Of a stretch of 62,634 nt of DNA, positions 9,298-16,832 are shown in pieces. Below the pieces are notes generated by a model that was not told where the DNA came from, ran no database searches, and saw only the letters and a program-made list of their open reading frames with translations. The translations under genes and the position numbers were made by a program. Position 1 is the stretch's first letter; each line of letters begins with the position of its first letter. This DNA is from Methanobacteriota archaeon (GTDB lineage Archaea; Thermoplasmatota; Poseidoniia; Poseidoniales; Poseidoniaceae), in NCBI GenBank assembly GCA_018667575.1, contig JABIUA010000017.1, positions 1 through 62,634 of the forward strand, written 5' to 3'.

Positions 9298-9966
9298 TTG
9301 GACTCTGAAAGTATCACTCTTAGAGGTCTAACTGTTGGCTATGATGAGGCATTGGTCCTTGATATCAACAAGACAATATATCCCGGAGATACAATAGCAA
9401 TATTGGGTGCTTCAGGTATTGGAAAAACCACTTTGATGAGAACTATTGCCGGTTTAATTCGGCCATTATCGGGGGAGATTTTTCACGATTATCCTAGGAG
9501 AGGAGGAATTGGCTACATTCCTCAAAGATTAGGCCTAGTTAGACATTCTTCAGTTCGAAGTAATATTACTTTAGGCGCAAGAACGAGGAGATCAAAATGG
9601 TACCCATCGTGGTATCCTCTTGATAGTTCTCTAAAGGAAGACGTAGATAACGCAATGAAGGCATTGAAAATTGAAGATATTGCTGATGAGCCAGTTAGAA
9701 TTCTTTCCGGTGGTCAGCAAAGACGTGTGGCAATAGCAAGAACCCTTGTCCAAAGACCTAGAATAATACTTGCAGATGAGTTCTTAGGAGAACTGGATAA
9801 AGACAATGTAAAATCTATAATTACAGCAACTAAGAAAATAGTTGATGAAATTGGGGCCACATTAGTATTGATAGAGCATCACGAAGAGAGGGCTATTGAA
9901 ATCGCTGATAGAATTTGGAGAATAGTTGATAAAAAATTGATTGAAGAAGGTGATTCCAATCAATAA
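9298..9966 (+). CDS. phnC: ABC transporter ATP-binding protein, PhnC-like
   Basis: Walker A GASGIGKTT, signature LSGGQQRRV, Walker B ILADEFLGELD, H-loop IEHH. The ORF is open from 9175, but that stretch overlaps the preceding gene. An in-frame TTG at 9298 sits 13 nt downstream of gaggcggtga. The start is uncertain. Confidence 0.8.
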   Translation: MDSESITLRGLTVGYDEALVLDINKTIYPGDTIAILGASGIGKTTLMRTIAGLIRPLSGEIFHDYPRRGGIGYIPQRLGLVRHSSVRSNITLGARTRRSKWYPSWYPLDSSLKEDVDNAMKALKIEDIADEPVRILSGGQQRRVAIARTLVQRPRIILADEFLGELDKDNVKSIITATKKIVDEIGATLVLIEHHEERAIEIADRIWRIVDKKLIEEGDSNQ

Positions 9967-10882
9967 GAAATTAATTTTCTCAGGAATCTTATTGATTCTC
10001 ATCGCTTGGGTATTTATAGATGATTTAGTAGATGATTGGGGTCAGGTAGAAGGAGCTCCTGAGAAGTTGCAGACGTTTTTCACAGAAGATCTACTACCTC
10101 CAGATTGGTCAGTTTTAGAGGCTGAAGAGTGGTCTGATGGTTCATTACACAAACCCAATGGGGATATTTGTGATGAAAATTTTGAATTATTTTGTTCCAA
10201 GGCATGGACTGGAATGGTAGTGACAATTAAGATGGCTTTTGTTGCTACACTCGTGGGGTTTTTCTTTTCCATTCCACTCGCATCTTTAGCGGCAACAAAT
10301 ATGGCTCCACTTCCTATTGCAATACCCGCAAGAGTTGTACTTGCAGGACTTAGAAGCCTCCCAAGTATAATATGGGCTTTATTATTTGCAATTGCTTTAG
10401 GTTTTGGACCATTACCAGGAATTCTAGCAATGACGTTGTATACTATTGGTTACTTAGGAAAATTACAGTATGAAGCAATGGAAGGAGTTCATAATGCACC
10501 TTTAGAGTCTGGAATGGCAATGGGTCTTACTCATTCTGAACAATTATTCCATGTTGTAATTCCTGAGTCGAGTAATCATTTACTCAGTCAATTACTGTTT
10601 ATGTTCGAGTATAACGTAAGGCACGGAGCAGTGCTTGGATTAGTTGGTGCAGGCGGAATAGGAATGTATATCGACAATTACATCAATCCTCCATTTGATT
10701 ATAATAAGGCATTTGCATTACTAATTGTAGTATTCGTTGTAGTCGTAATTATTGATTTAATCTCTATGATGATTCGTTCCTTTGTTACCGAAGAAGGAGA
10801 TGTCAAGAGGCCTAAATGGTGGAGCGTAATATTACCACCTTCCATGGCAGTTGAAATGTACTCTGAATCAGAGGAAGAGTGA
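9941..10882 (+). CDS. phnE: ABC transporter permease, PhnE-like
   Basis: 313 aa. YEAMEGV..PLESGMAMGL...FHVVIPES and the GLVGAGGIG motif are typical of PhnE-family permeases. The start (TTG 9941 or GTG 9950) overlaps the ATPase gene end. Confidence 0.8.
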   Translation: MKKVIPINKKLIFSGILLILIAWVFIDDLVDDWGQVEGAPEKLQTFFTEDLLPPDWSVLEAEEWSDGSLHKPNGDICDENFELFCSKAWTGMVVTIKMAFVATLVGFFFSIPLASLAATNMAPLPIAIPARVVLAGLRSLPSIIWALLFAIALGFGPLPGILAMTLYTIGYLGKLQYEAMEGVHNAPLESGMAMGLTHSEQLFHVVIPESSNHLLSQLLFMFEYNVRHGAVLGLVGAGGIGMYIDNYINPPFDYNKAFALLIVVFVVVVIIDLISMMIRSFVTEEGDVKRPKWWSVILPPSMAVEMYSESEEE

Positions 10883-10885
10883 AAA

Positions 10886-11146
10886 TTATTCTGCAGCAAT
10901 ATGCAGAGTTCCTTCTTTGTAGAATACTTGAATTCGGTCAGGGACCTTCTTTGTTAAGGCAGCCACTGCTTCATATATTTCGTCTTTTTTTACCTTGAAC
11001 GCCTTTGCAGCATCAGAGGTTGACCAAGGCATTGTGTGGAAATCAGATTGTCTAATCCATTCGAATAAGCGTGCCTCCAGTTCGCTTAACTCCTCCGCCA
11101 TGTGAGTGGGGATGTAGTTCCCCCTCAAAATAACACCGACTGTCAA
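10886..11146 (-). CDS. Small hypothetical protein, possibly winged-helix
   Basis: 86 aa from a TTG start, or 71 aa from the ATG at 11101. The segment STSDAAKAFKVKKDEIYEAVAALTKK looks like an HTH. No family recognised. Confidence 0.4.
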   Translation of the reverse strand: MTVGVILRGNYIPTHMAEELSELEARLFEWIRQSDFHTMPWSTSDAAKAFKVKKDEIYEAVAALTKKVPDRIQVFYKEGTLHIAAE

Positions 11147-11149
11147 TTT

Positions 11150-12172
11150 CTAATTCAGAGCGACAATTCTTCGACAACATTCTTCAGCATCTATGTCGCC
11201 ATCCAGTAAAGTATTGATGGCTTTTGTGAATGGCGTACTAATATTCTCATCCTCAGCACGTCGAATAAACATTCTAGCAGCTCTGACTCCTTCGGCAACC
11301 ATGTGCATTTCTTCCAAGGCTTGTTCTAGTGTCAGTCCAGTTCCTAATTTTTCACCCATGCTTCTATTTCTTCCATAGGGGGATGTCGCTGTAACATAGA
11401 GGTCACCAAGTCCAGCAGGTCCGAAAGCAACTTCCGCTTTTGCACCTAGCAGAGGTAGTAAAATACAGCCTTCTTTGAATCCAGCCATGAAAATAGCAGC
11501 TTTCAGGTTGTCTCCTCCAAGACTTCCTTTGGCCTTTAGACCGTCTACTAAGCCACAAGTTAGTGCGACAACATTCTTGAAAGCACCCCACAATTCAGCA
11601 CCGGCAGGATCAGAGGCTGGGTGAAGAATAAAAGTTTGAGTAGTCAGAGTTTCAGCTAATTTCTCAGCAACAGATTCATCTTCACTGGCAACTAGTGCAG
11701 TAGTCATTACACCACTTGCAGCTTCAGGAGCAATTGTTGGACCAGTCACAACGGCGAGAGGATTGTTCATATTTGCTTCTTTCAACTTCGTATTGATCGC
11801 TTCAGATATCAATCTCTTACCAGGGGCAAGTCCCTTCGCTAAATCAATTAATACATGGCCAGGTCGCAAATGAGGCAATACGTCATCCATAACATCCAAG
11901 ATGACAGATGAAGGAACTGCAAGTACGACAATTTCCACACCCTCGAGAGCTTCATTGATGTGCATGGTCACTTCAAGTCCTTCAACAGAGTGCTCAGGTA
12001 AATATTTCTTATTTATCTGGTCCATCGTTATAGATTCGTAAACTTCTTGTTCGATAGTCCAACCTTTTACTTTGTGACCATCAAGTAACCACATTCTTGC
12101 AACCGCTGTACCCCAGTTGCCCAATCCCAAAATCGCAATATGTGCCATATGACCAAGCCTTACGCTAATCAC
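11150..12172 (-). CDS. gpsA: NAD(P)H-dependent sn-glycerol-3-phosphate dehydrogenase
   Basis: Rossmann motif IAILGLGNWGTAVA. GpsA-like length (340 aa) and overall pattern (GPTIAPE, WGAFKNVVAL, GLGDLYVT..S..GRN). Confidence 0.85.
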   Translation of the reverse strand: MISVRLGHMAHIAILGLGNWGTAVARMWLLDGHKVKGWTIEQEVYESITMDQINKKYLPEHSVEGLEVTMHINEALEGVEIVVLAVPSSVILDVMDDVLPHLRPGHVLIDLAKGLAPGKRLISEAINTKLKEANMNNPLAVVTGPTIAPEAASGVMTTALVASEDESVAEKLAETLTTQTFILHPASDPAGAELWGAFKNVVALTCGLVDGLKAKGSLGGDNLKAAIFMAGFKEGCILLPLLGAKAEVAFGPAGLGDLYVTATSPYGRNRSMGEKLGTGLTLEQALEEMHMVAEGVRAARMFIRRAEDENISTPFTKAINTLLDGDIDAEECCRRIVALN

Positions 12173-12244
12173 TTCACTTATGTTAGTTGCCGATGATTAG
12201 AAGAAAATATTGGTAGTTTGGAGGTCGAATGGGAAGTGCGATGC

Positions 12245-13402
12245 TCAAAACAAGTCGTCATCATCTTCTTCGAAATCGAAAACATCACTATTTTCTTCTT
12301 TCTTCTTGCCGTCAGCCTTTTTCTTAGATTTTGAATCTTTTTTGGCTGGTTTTTCGACCACTTTTTCTTCAACTTTTGGAGTTTCCTCGACAGGAGTCTC
12401 TTCTTTGACTGCGCTGAGTTTTGCCTGTTCAACTTCATTACCAGCAATTCCCTCAAAGGATTTACCGGCTTGAGCAGATAGAGACCTTCGACGATCTTCT
12501 CGGGCTTTACGCTCAAGTTGCTTATGTCTTGACTTTTCGATATTTTGTAACATATACATAGCATCGTGCTCGAGAAGAGGTGAATCTGAAATCAAAGTAA
12601 TGTCTAACCATCCACCATCTTCGACAATAAATTCTGCCAAAGGTTCGAAATTTAGGTCGGACTTCTTGATTTGAGTATAATGCATTGCATTACCAGTTCG
12701 ATGCTCGACACCAGAAAAGTGACAATAGAATTCTTTGGTTCCAATAGTTTCCCTAACTTGGTCAAATAACTCTCCATAATCTTCGGAGGTACGCATTTTC
12801 CCGTGTCCCCTAGAATGTATATGGGCGATATTTAGCACAGGGATAGTTCCTTCTACGTGATTTACAACTTCTAGTACTTCTTCTAGACTTCCCCATAATT
12901 CTTGTCGGCCAGATGTTTCGATACCTATTTTAGATGGAGTTCCATCTTTTAGCCAAGGAAATACTGGATAAATATCCTCATCATCATGCCAAATTTCGGC
13001 AACTCTGTCAACAATTCCAGAGAATACATTGGCTAATTGCTCATTTGCATCTCGGCCACGGCCCATCTCTCCATAATGTCCGGCATGCAGAGTGATGTGT
13101 CTAGCATTGATGGTTTTAGCAGCCTGAAGAGTTGATTCAATTTTTGTTAATGAGCGTCCTCTTTCCACTTTATTCCCCAATAGTTCTGAGTAGTAAGGTC
13201 CGTGGATATTCATTTCGAAGTTTGTTTTATTGGCTAATACTCCTGCTTGCCAATATTGTTCAAAGTGCTGTGGTGCAATCATACGGACTGTTTGGACTTC
13301 CATAGTCTCTAGTCCTAGGGAGATAATATCGTCCATTCCTTCAACAATCGTTCTTCCTTTACAAGATAAAGGAATACCGGCTGGACCTAATTTAACTGGC
13401 AT
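12245..13402 (-). CDS. Endonuclease IV-like / xylose-isomerase-like TIM-barrel protein with Lys/Glu-rich C-terminal tail
   Basis: NIHGPYYSELLG, ITLHAGHYG, IGIETSGRQ, LNIAHIHSRGHG and CHFSGVEH parallel the metal-ligand motifs of AP endonuclease family 2. The last ~85 aa are a low-complexity K/E-rich tail ending DVFDFEEDDDDLF. Confidence 0.6.
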   Translation of the reverse strand: MPVKLGPAGIPLSCKGRTIVEGMDDIISLGLETMEVQTVRMIAPQHFEQYWQAGVLANKTNFEMNIHGPYYSELLGNKVERGRSLTKIESTLQAAKTINARHITLHAGHYGEMGRGRDANEQLANVFSGIVDRVAEIWHDDEDIYPVFPWLKDGTPSKIGIETSGRQELWGSLEEVLEVVNHVEGTIPVLNIAHIHSRGHGKMRTSEDYGELFDQVRETIGTKEFYCHFSGVEHRTGNAMHYTQIKKSDLNFEPLAEFIVEDGGWLDITLISDSPLLEHDAMYMLQNIEKSRHKQLERKAREDRRRSLSAQAGKSFEGIAGNEVEQAKLSAVKEETPVEETPKVEEKVVEKPAKKDSKSKKKADGKKKEENSDVFDFEEDDDDLF

Positions 13403-13545
13403 TCACAACCCCCCGCAGGTTCAACCCAAGGGTCGTCCTATCATAACACCTTTCCGTCGAATGCTCAAAAAAACCTCTGAAATTCATTATTATCGTATTA
13501 TGAATATATGCGACAGTTCATGAAGAAGTTATACGACCGATAGAC

Positions 13546-14259
13546 ATGAGCGATGAAATTTCTGCTGCAATTGAAGCCTTTTCCAAAGGTCTTCCAGTTT
13601 GTCTATTTGATTCAGAAAAGAGGGAAGGAGAGACCGACCTTCTATTCTCCGGGCAGTATGCTCAGCCTAGTACCATGAGGCAATTAAGGCAAGAATGTGG
13701 TGGATTACTTTTCTTAGCGATTGGAGATGAAGTTGGTGAACTGTATTCTCTTCCATTTTTACAAGATTTACACACTCATCCGGAATTGACTAATCAATAC
13801 ACGGTTTTGAAGCAACTTATCACCAATGATTTACAATATGACGCTCGTTCAGCCTTCACCTTATCAATAAACCATAGAGATACATACACAGGAATTACTG
13901 ATAAAGATAGGGCGTTAACCACAAGGAGATTTGCCGAACTGACTAAAGAGTTATTACTATCTCAGGTGAGTCTTGCTGATGCTCAAAAATCCCTCGGTGA
14001 AGAGTTTAGAACCCCAGGGCATATACCGGTTTGTAGAGAAGCAAAAGGTGGGCTCAGTGTCCGTCAAGGACATACCGAATTAGCAGTCGGACTAGCTAGA
14101 CTTTCCGGTACTACTCCTGTCGTTATCGGGGCAGAGATGTTACAATCAGATGGGGATAATGCTCTTTCTGTTGAAGACGCTAGAACTTGGGCCGAGCAAA
14201 GAGGGATTCCTTTTCTACACGGAATTGATATTATCAACGCGCTGAATAATGATAACTAA
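13546..14259 (+). CDS. ribB: 3,4-dihydroxy-2-butanone 4-phosphate synthase
   Basis: REGETDLLF, RTPGHIPV and GHTELAV motifs. 237 aa. Confidence 0.85.
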   Translation: MSDEISAAIEAFSKGLPVCLFDSEKREGETDLLFSGQYAQPSTMRQLRQECGGLLFLAIGDEVGELYSLPFLQDLHTHPELTNQYTVLKQLITNDLQYDARSAFTLSINHRDTYTGITDKDRALTTRRFAELTKELLLSQVSLADAQKSLGEEFRTPGHIPVCREAKGGLSVRQGHTELAVGLARLSGTTPVVIGAEMLQSDGDNALSVEDARTWAEQRGIPFLHGIDIINALNNDN

Positions 14260-14310
14260 CTTCCGACAAGATGATGTGTAATATTAGAATCAGAGATTTG
14301 GGGTGGGAAC

Positions 14311-14745
14311 ATGAAGCGAATTATGGCAGTTGGTGTTTTTGATTTACTCCATGCTGGGCATCTTCATTATCTCGAGCAGGCTAAAGCGCTTGGTCATCAC
14401 CTTACAGTAGTAATTGCTCATGATGATACAGTACGTGTCAGAAAACACGAACCAGTAACAAATCATGATCTAAGACGGCGTATGGTAGAAGGATTGAAGC
14501 CAGTAGACGATGCAATTATCGGTAACCCTCCAGAAGTTCCAATTTTTGATATTCTACCCATTGTAAAGCCAGATATAATCGCTCTTGGTTATGACCAAGA
14601 GCATGCCGAAGAATCAATTAATAGAAAATTGGAAAAACTAGGCTACCAAGAAATCCAAGTTGTAAGAGTAGAAGGATTATCTGAAGATTTAGATGGAACA
14701 AGGAAAATTATCGCAAGAATTCTAGACTTGTCGCAAAAGAAGTGA
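14311..14745 (+). CDS. ribL: Archaeal FAD synthetase (FMN adenylyltransferase), cytidylyltransferase fold
   Basis: GVFDLLHAGHLHYL nucleotidyltransferase (HxGH) motif. 144 aa. Sits inside the riboflavin cluster. Confidence 0.8.
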   Translation: MKRIMAVGVFDLLHAGHLHYLEQAKALGHHLTVVIAHDDTVRVRKHEPVTNHDLRRRMVEGLKPVDDAIIGNPPEVPIFDILPIVKPDIIALGYDQEHAEESINRKLEKLGYQEIQVVRVEGLSEDLDGTRKIIARILDLSQKK

Positions 14746-14754
14746 GTTGAAAAT

Positions 14755-15354
14755 ATGTTTACTGGAATCGTTCAAGGCACTGGTAAAATTATCGAAGTTA
14801 TTGAAGGCGAGACTATCAGGAGTTTCAAAATCCAAGTGCCAAATACAGAATCACTTGAAATTGGCGCCAGTATTTCAGTAGATGGTGTTTGCTTGACAGC
14901 AACATCAATTGAAAATAAAATAGTCTCATTCGATGTAATTCAAGAGACTCTTAAACGGACTACTTTGGGTCAACTTGAGGTAGGTGAAACAGTAAATATC
15001 GAGCGTTCGCTAAAATTTGGTGATGAAATTGGAGGTCATCTATTATCTGGACACATTATGGCAACAGGAATTGTTAATGAAAAATCAGAATCTGGAGAAG
15101 GAATGGATTTTACTATATTAGCGCCTCTTTCTATAGAAAAATACCTACTCGAAAAAGGGTATGTGGCAATCGATGGAATCTCTTTGACAATAGGTGACGT
15201 AAACAATTCAAGATTTAATCTACATATAATCCCTGAGACCATGCGCCAAACTACGATTGCCTCTAAGCAAGTAGGAGATGCTGTAAATATTGAGATTGAT
15301 TCTACCACTCAAACGATAGTTTCAACAGTAGAAAGAATGACCAGGAAAAATTGA
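14755..15354 (+). CDS. ribE: Riboflavin synthase, bacterial/eukaryotic-type alpha chain
   Basis: Begins MFTGIVQGTGKI. Internal duplication of the lumazine-binding repeat (SVDGVCLT / AIDGISLT). Confidence 0.9.
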   Translation: MFTGIVQGTGKIIEVIEGETIRSFKIQVPNTESLEIGASISVDGVCLTATSIENKIVSFDVIQETLKRTTLGQLEVGETVNIERSLKFGDEIGGHLLSGHIMATGIVNEKSESGEGMDFTILAPLSIEKYLLEKGYVAIDGISLTIGDVNNSRFNLHIIPETMRQTTIASKQVGDAVNIEIDSTTQTIVSTVERMTRKN

Positions 15355-15368
15355 ACAGAGATGATACG

Positions 15369-15767
15369 ATGAATAGTAGAATTGCGGTTATATGTGGCTC
15401 TTTCCATAATAAAGAAATGAAGCAAATGCTTGCTTGGGCTAAAGAAGAAGCCAAGAATCACTCTCTTGAATTACTTGAAGAGATATGGGTTCCAGGTTCC
15501 ATGGAAGTGCCTCTCGCACTAGAACGAAATTGCCTTTTATCAGATGTTGATGGTGCCATTTGTCTTGGAATTATCGAGAAGGGAGAAACTAAGCATGGTT
15601 TGGCTATGGGTCAAGCAGTCATCAAGAGTATCATAGAGATACAATTGAAACATAACAAACCAATCGGACTAGGCATTATTGGACCAGGTGCTGAGCCAAA
15701 GCATATCCAGCCACGTCTTGAATCACATGCTAGGGCAGCAGTTTCGGCGGTTGCAAAAATGCTTTAA
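15369..15767 (+). CDS. ribH: 6,7-dimethyl-8-ribityllumazine synthase
   Basis: RIAVICGSFH...VPGSMEVP...ETKHG pattern. I prefer the ATG at 15369. The ORF is open from a TTG at 15351 that overlaps the ribE stop. Confidence 0.8.
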   Translation: MNSRIAVICGSFHNKEMKQMLAWAKEEAKNHSLELLEEIWVPGSMEVPLALERNCLLSDVDGAICLGIIEKGETKHGLAMGQAVIKSIIEIQLKHNKPIGLGIIGPGAEPKHIQPRLESHARAAVSAVAKML

Positions 15768-15852
15768 TTTATTTAATTTTTATAAATTTTATAATTTTTT
15801 GATGTAAATGTTCAAGAGGCTTGTTCTGCCTGTTTAGCATGTGGGCGATAAA

Positions 15853-16782
15853 ATGTCAGATGTACGTAACGTGATTATCATTGGTTCGGGTCCAGCCGGT
15901 TATACTGCTGGATTATATGCAGCCAGAGCTATGCTTGAACCTCTAATGTTTGGAGGATATTTGACTGGTGGTCAACTAATGCTAACTTCAGATATTGAAA
16001 ATTTCCCTGGCTACCCACAAGGAATAGGTGGCCCGGAAATGATGATTCAACTTAGAGAGCAAGCAGAAAGGTTTGGATTAGAAGTTCAAGACCGTAATGT
16101 AGAATCTGTTGATCTTTCTCAAAGACCTTACAAGGTAACTGTAGAAGGTGAAGAGTTCCTGGCCCACTCAATTATTATTTCAACAGGCGCCGAATCAATT
16201 TGGCTGAATGCTGAAGGAGAAGCGGAACAAAAAGGCCGTGGAATCTCAACATGTGCTACCTGTGATGGAGCATTCTTTAGAGATGAAGAGGTATTGGTCA
16301 TTGGCGGTGGAGATTCTGCTTGTGAGGAAGCCACTTTCCTCACTAGGTTTGCATCAAAAGTTACATTACTTCACCGCAGGGATGTTTTCAAGGCATCGAC
16401 AATAATGTATGATAGAGCGGCTAACAATGATAAAATAGAGATTAAAACCTTCCGTCAAGTTAAGAAATGGCTCTCCGATGAAAAGGGATTAACTGGTGCA
16501 ATTATAGAAGACCCAAGAGATGGTTCAACAGAGGAGATTAGTGCTACTGGGGCATTTATTGCTATAGGACATAAACCGATGACATCATTTTTGGGCGACC
16601 AGATTGAAACAGACAAAGAAGGCTATATAGTGCATAAAAAGCATACAATGACTTCCGTTGAAGGTGTTTTTGCTGCCGGAGATGTTGTTGATACCCGATA
16701 CAAGCAAGCCATTACTGCTGCCGGAATGGGTTGCCAAGCAGCAATGGATGCTGAAAAGTGGCTTGAAGAGAACGCCCATTGA
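15853..16782 (+). CDS. trxB: Thioredoxin reductase
   Basis: GSGPAGYTAGLYAARA FAD motif, redox-active CATCDG, second Rossmann motif VIGGGDSACEEA. Confidence 0.9.
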   Translation: MSDVRNVIIIGSGPAGYTAGLYAARAMLEPLMFGGYLTGGQLMLTSDIENFPGYPQGIGGPEMMIQLREQAERFGLEVQDRNVESVDLSQRPYKVTVEGEEFLAHSIIISTGAESIWLNAEGEAEQKGRGISTCATCDGAFFRDEEVLVIGGGDSACEEATFLTRFASKVTLLHRRDVFKASTIMYDRAANNDKIEIKTFRQVKKWLSDEKGLTGAIIEDPRDGSTEEISATGAFIAIGHKPMTSFLGDQIETDKEGYIVHKKHTMTSVEGVFAAGDVVDTRYKQAITAAGMGCQAAMDAEKWLEENAH

Positions 16783-16832
16783 TTAACGATTTTAGCCGGC
16801 GCTTTGATGAAATAGCGCCCTCTGGGTTGTAC

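Noticed and set aside
12178-12564. ORFs of 128 aa (minus) and 87 aa (plus) over the 3' end of the Endo IV-like gene
   Set aside because: They are alternative-frame or antisense readings of the K/E-rich low-complexity tail. Their products are Lys- or Ser-rich nonsense, and the longer frame carries the recognisable TIM-barrel domain.
13403-13545. Possible FMN riboswitch or other leader upstream of ribB
   Set aside because: I could not find the conserved RFN-element core or a convincing multi-stem structure by eye. The region looks like an ordinary AT-rich divergent promoter. A covariance-model scan would settle it.
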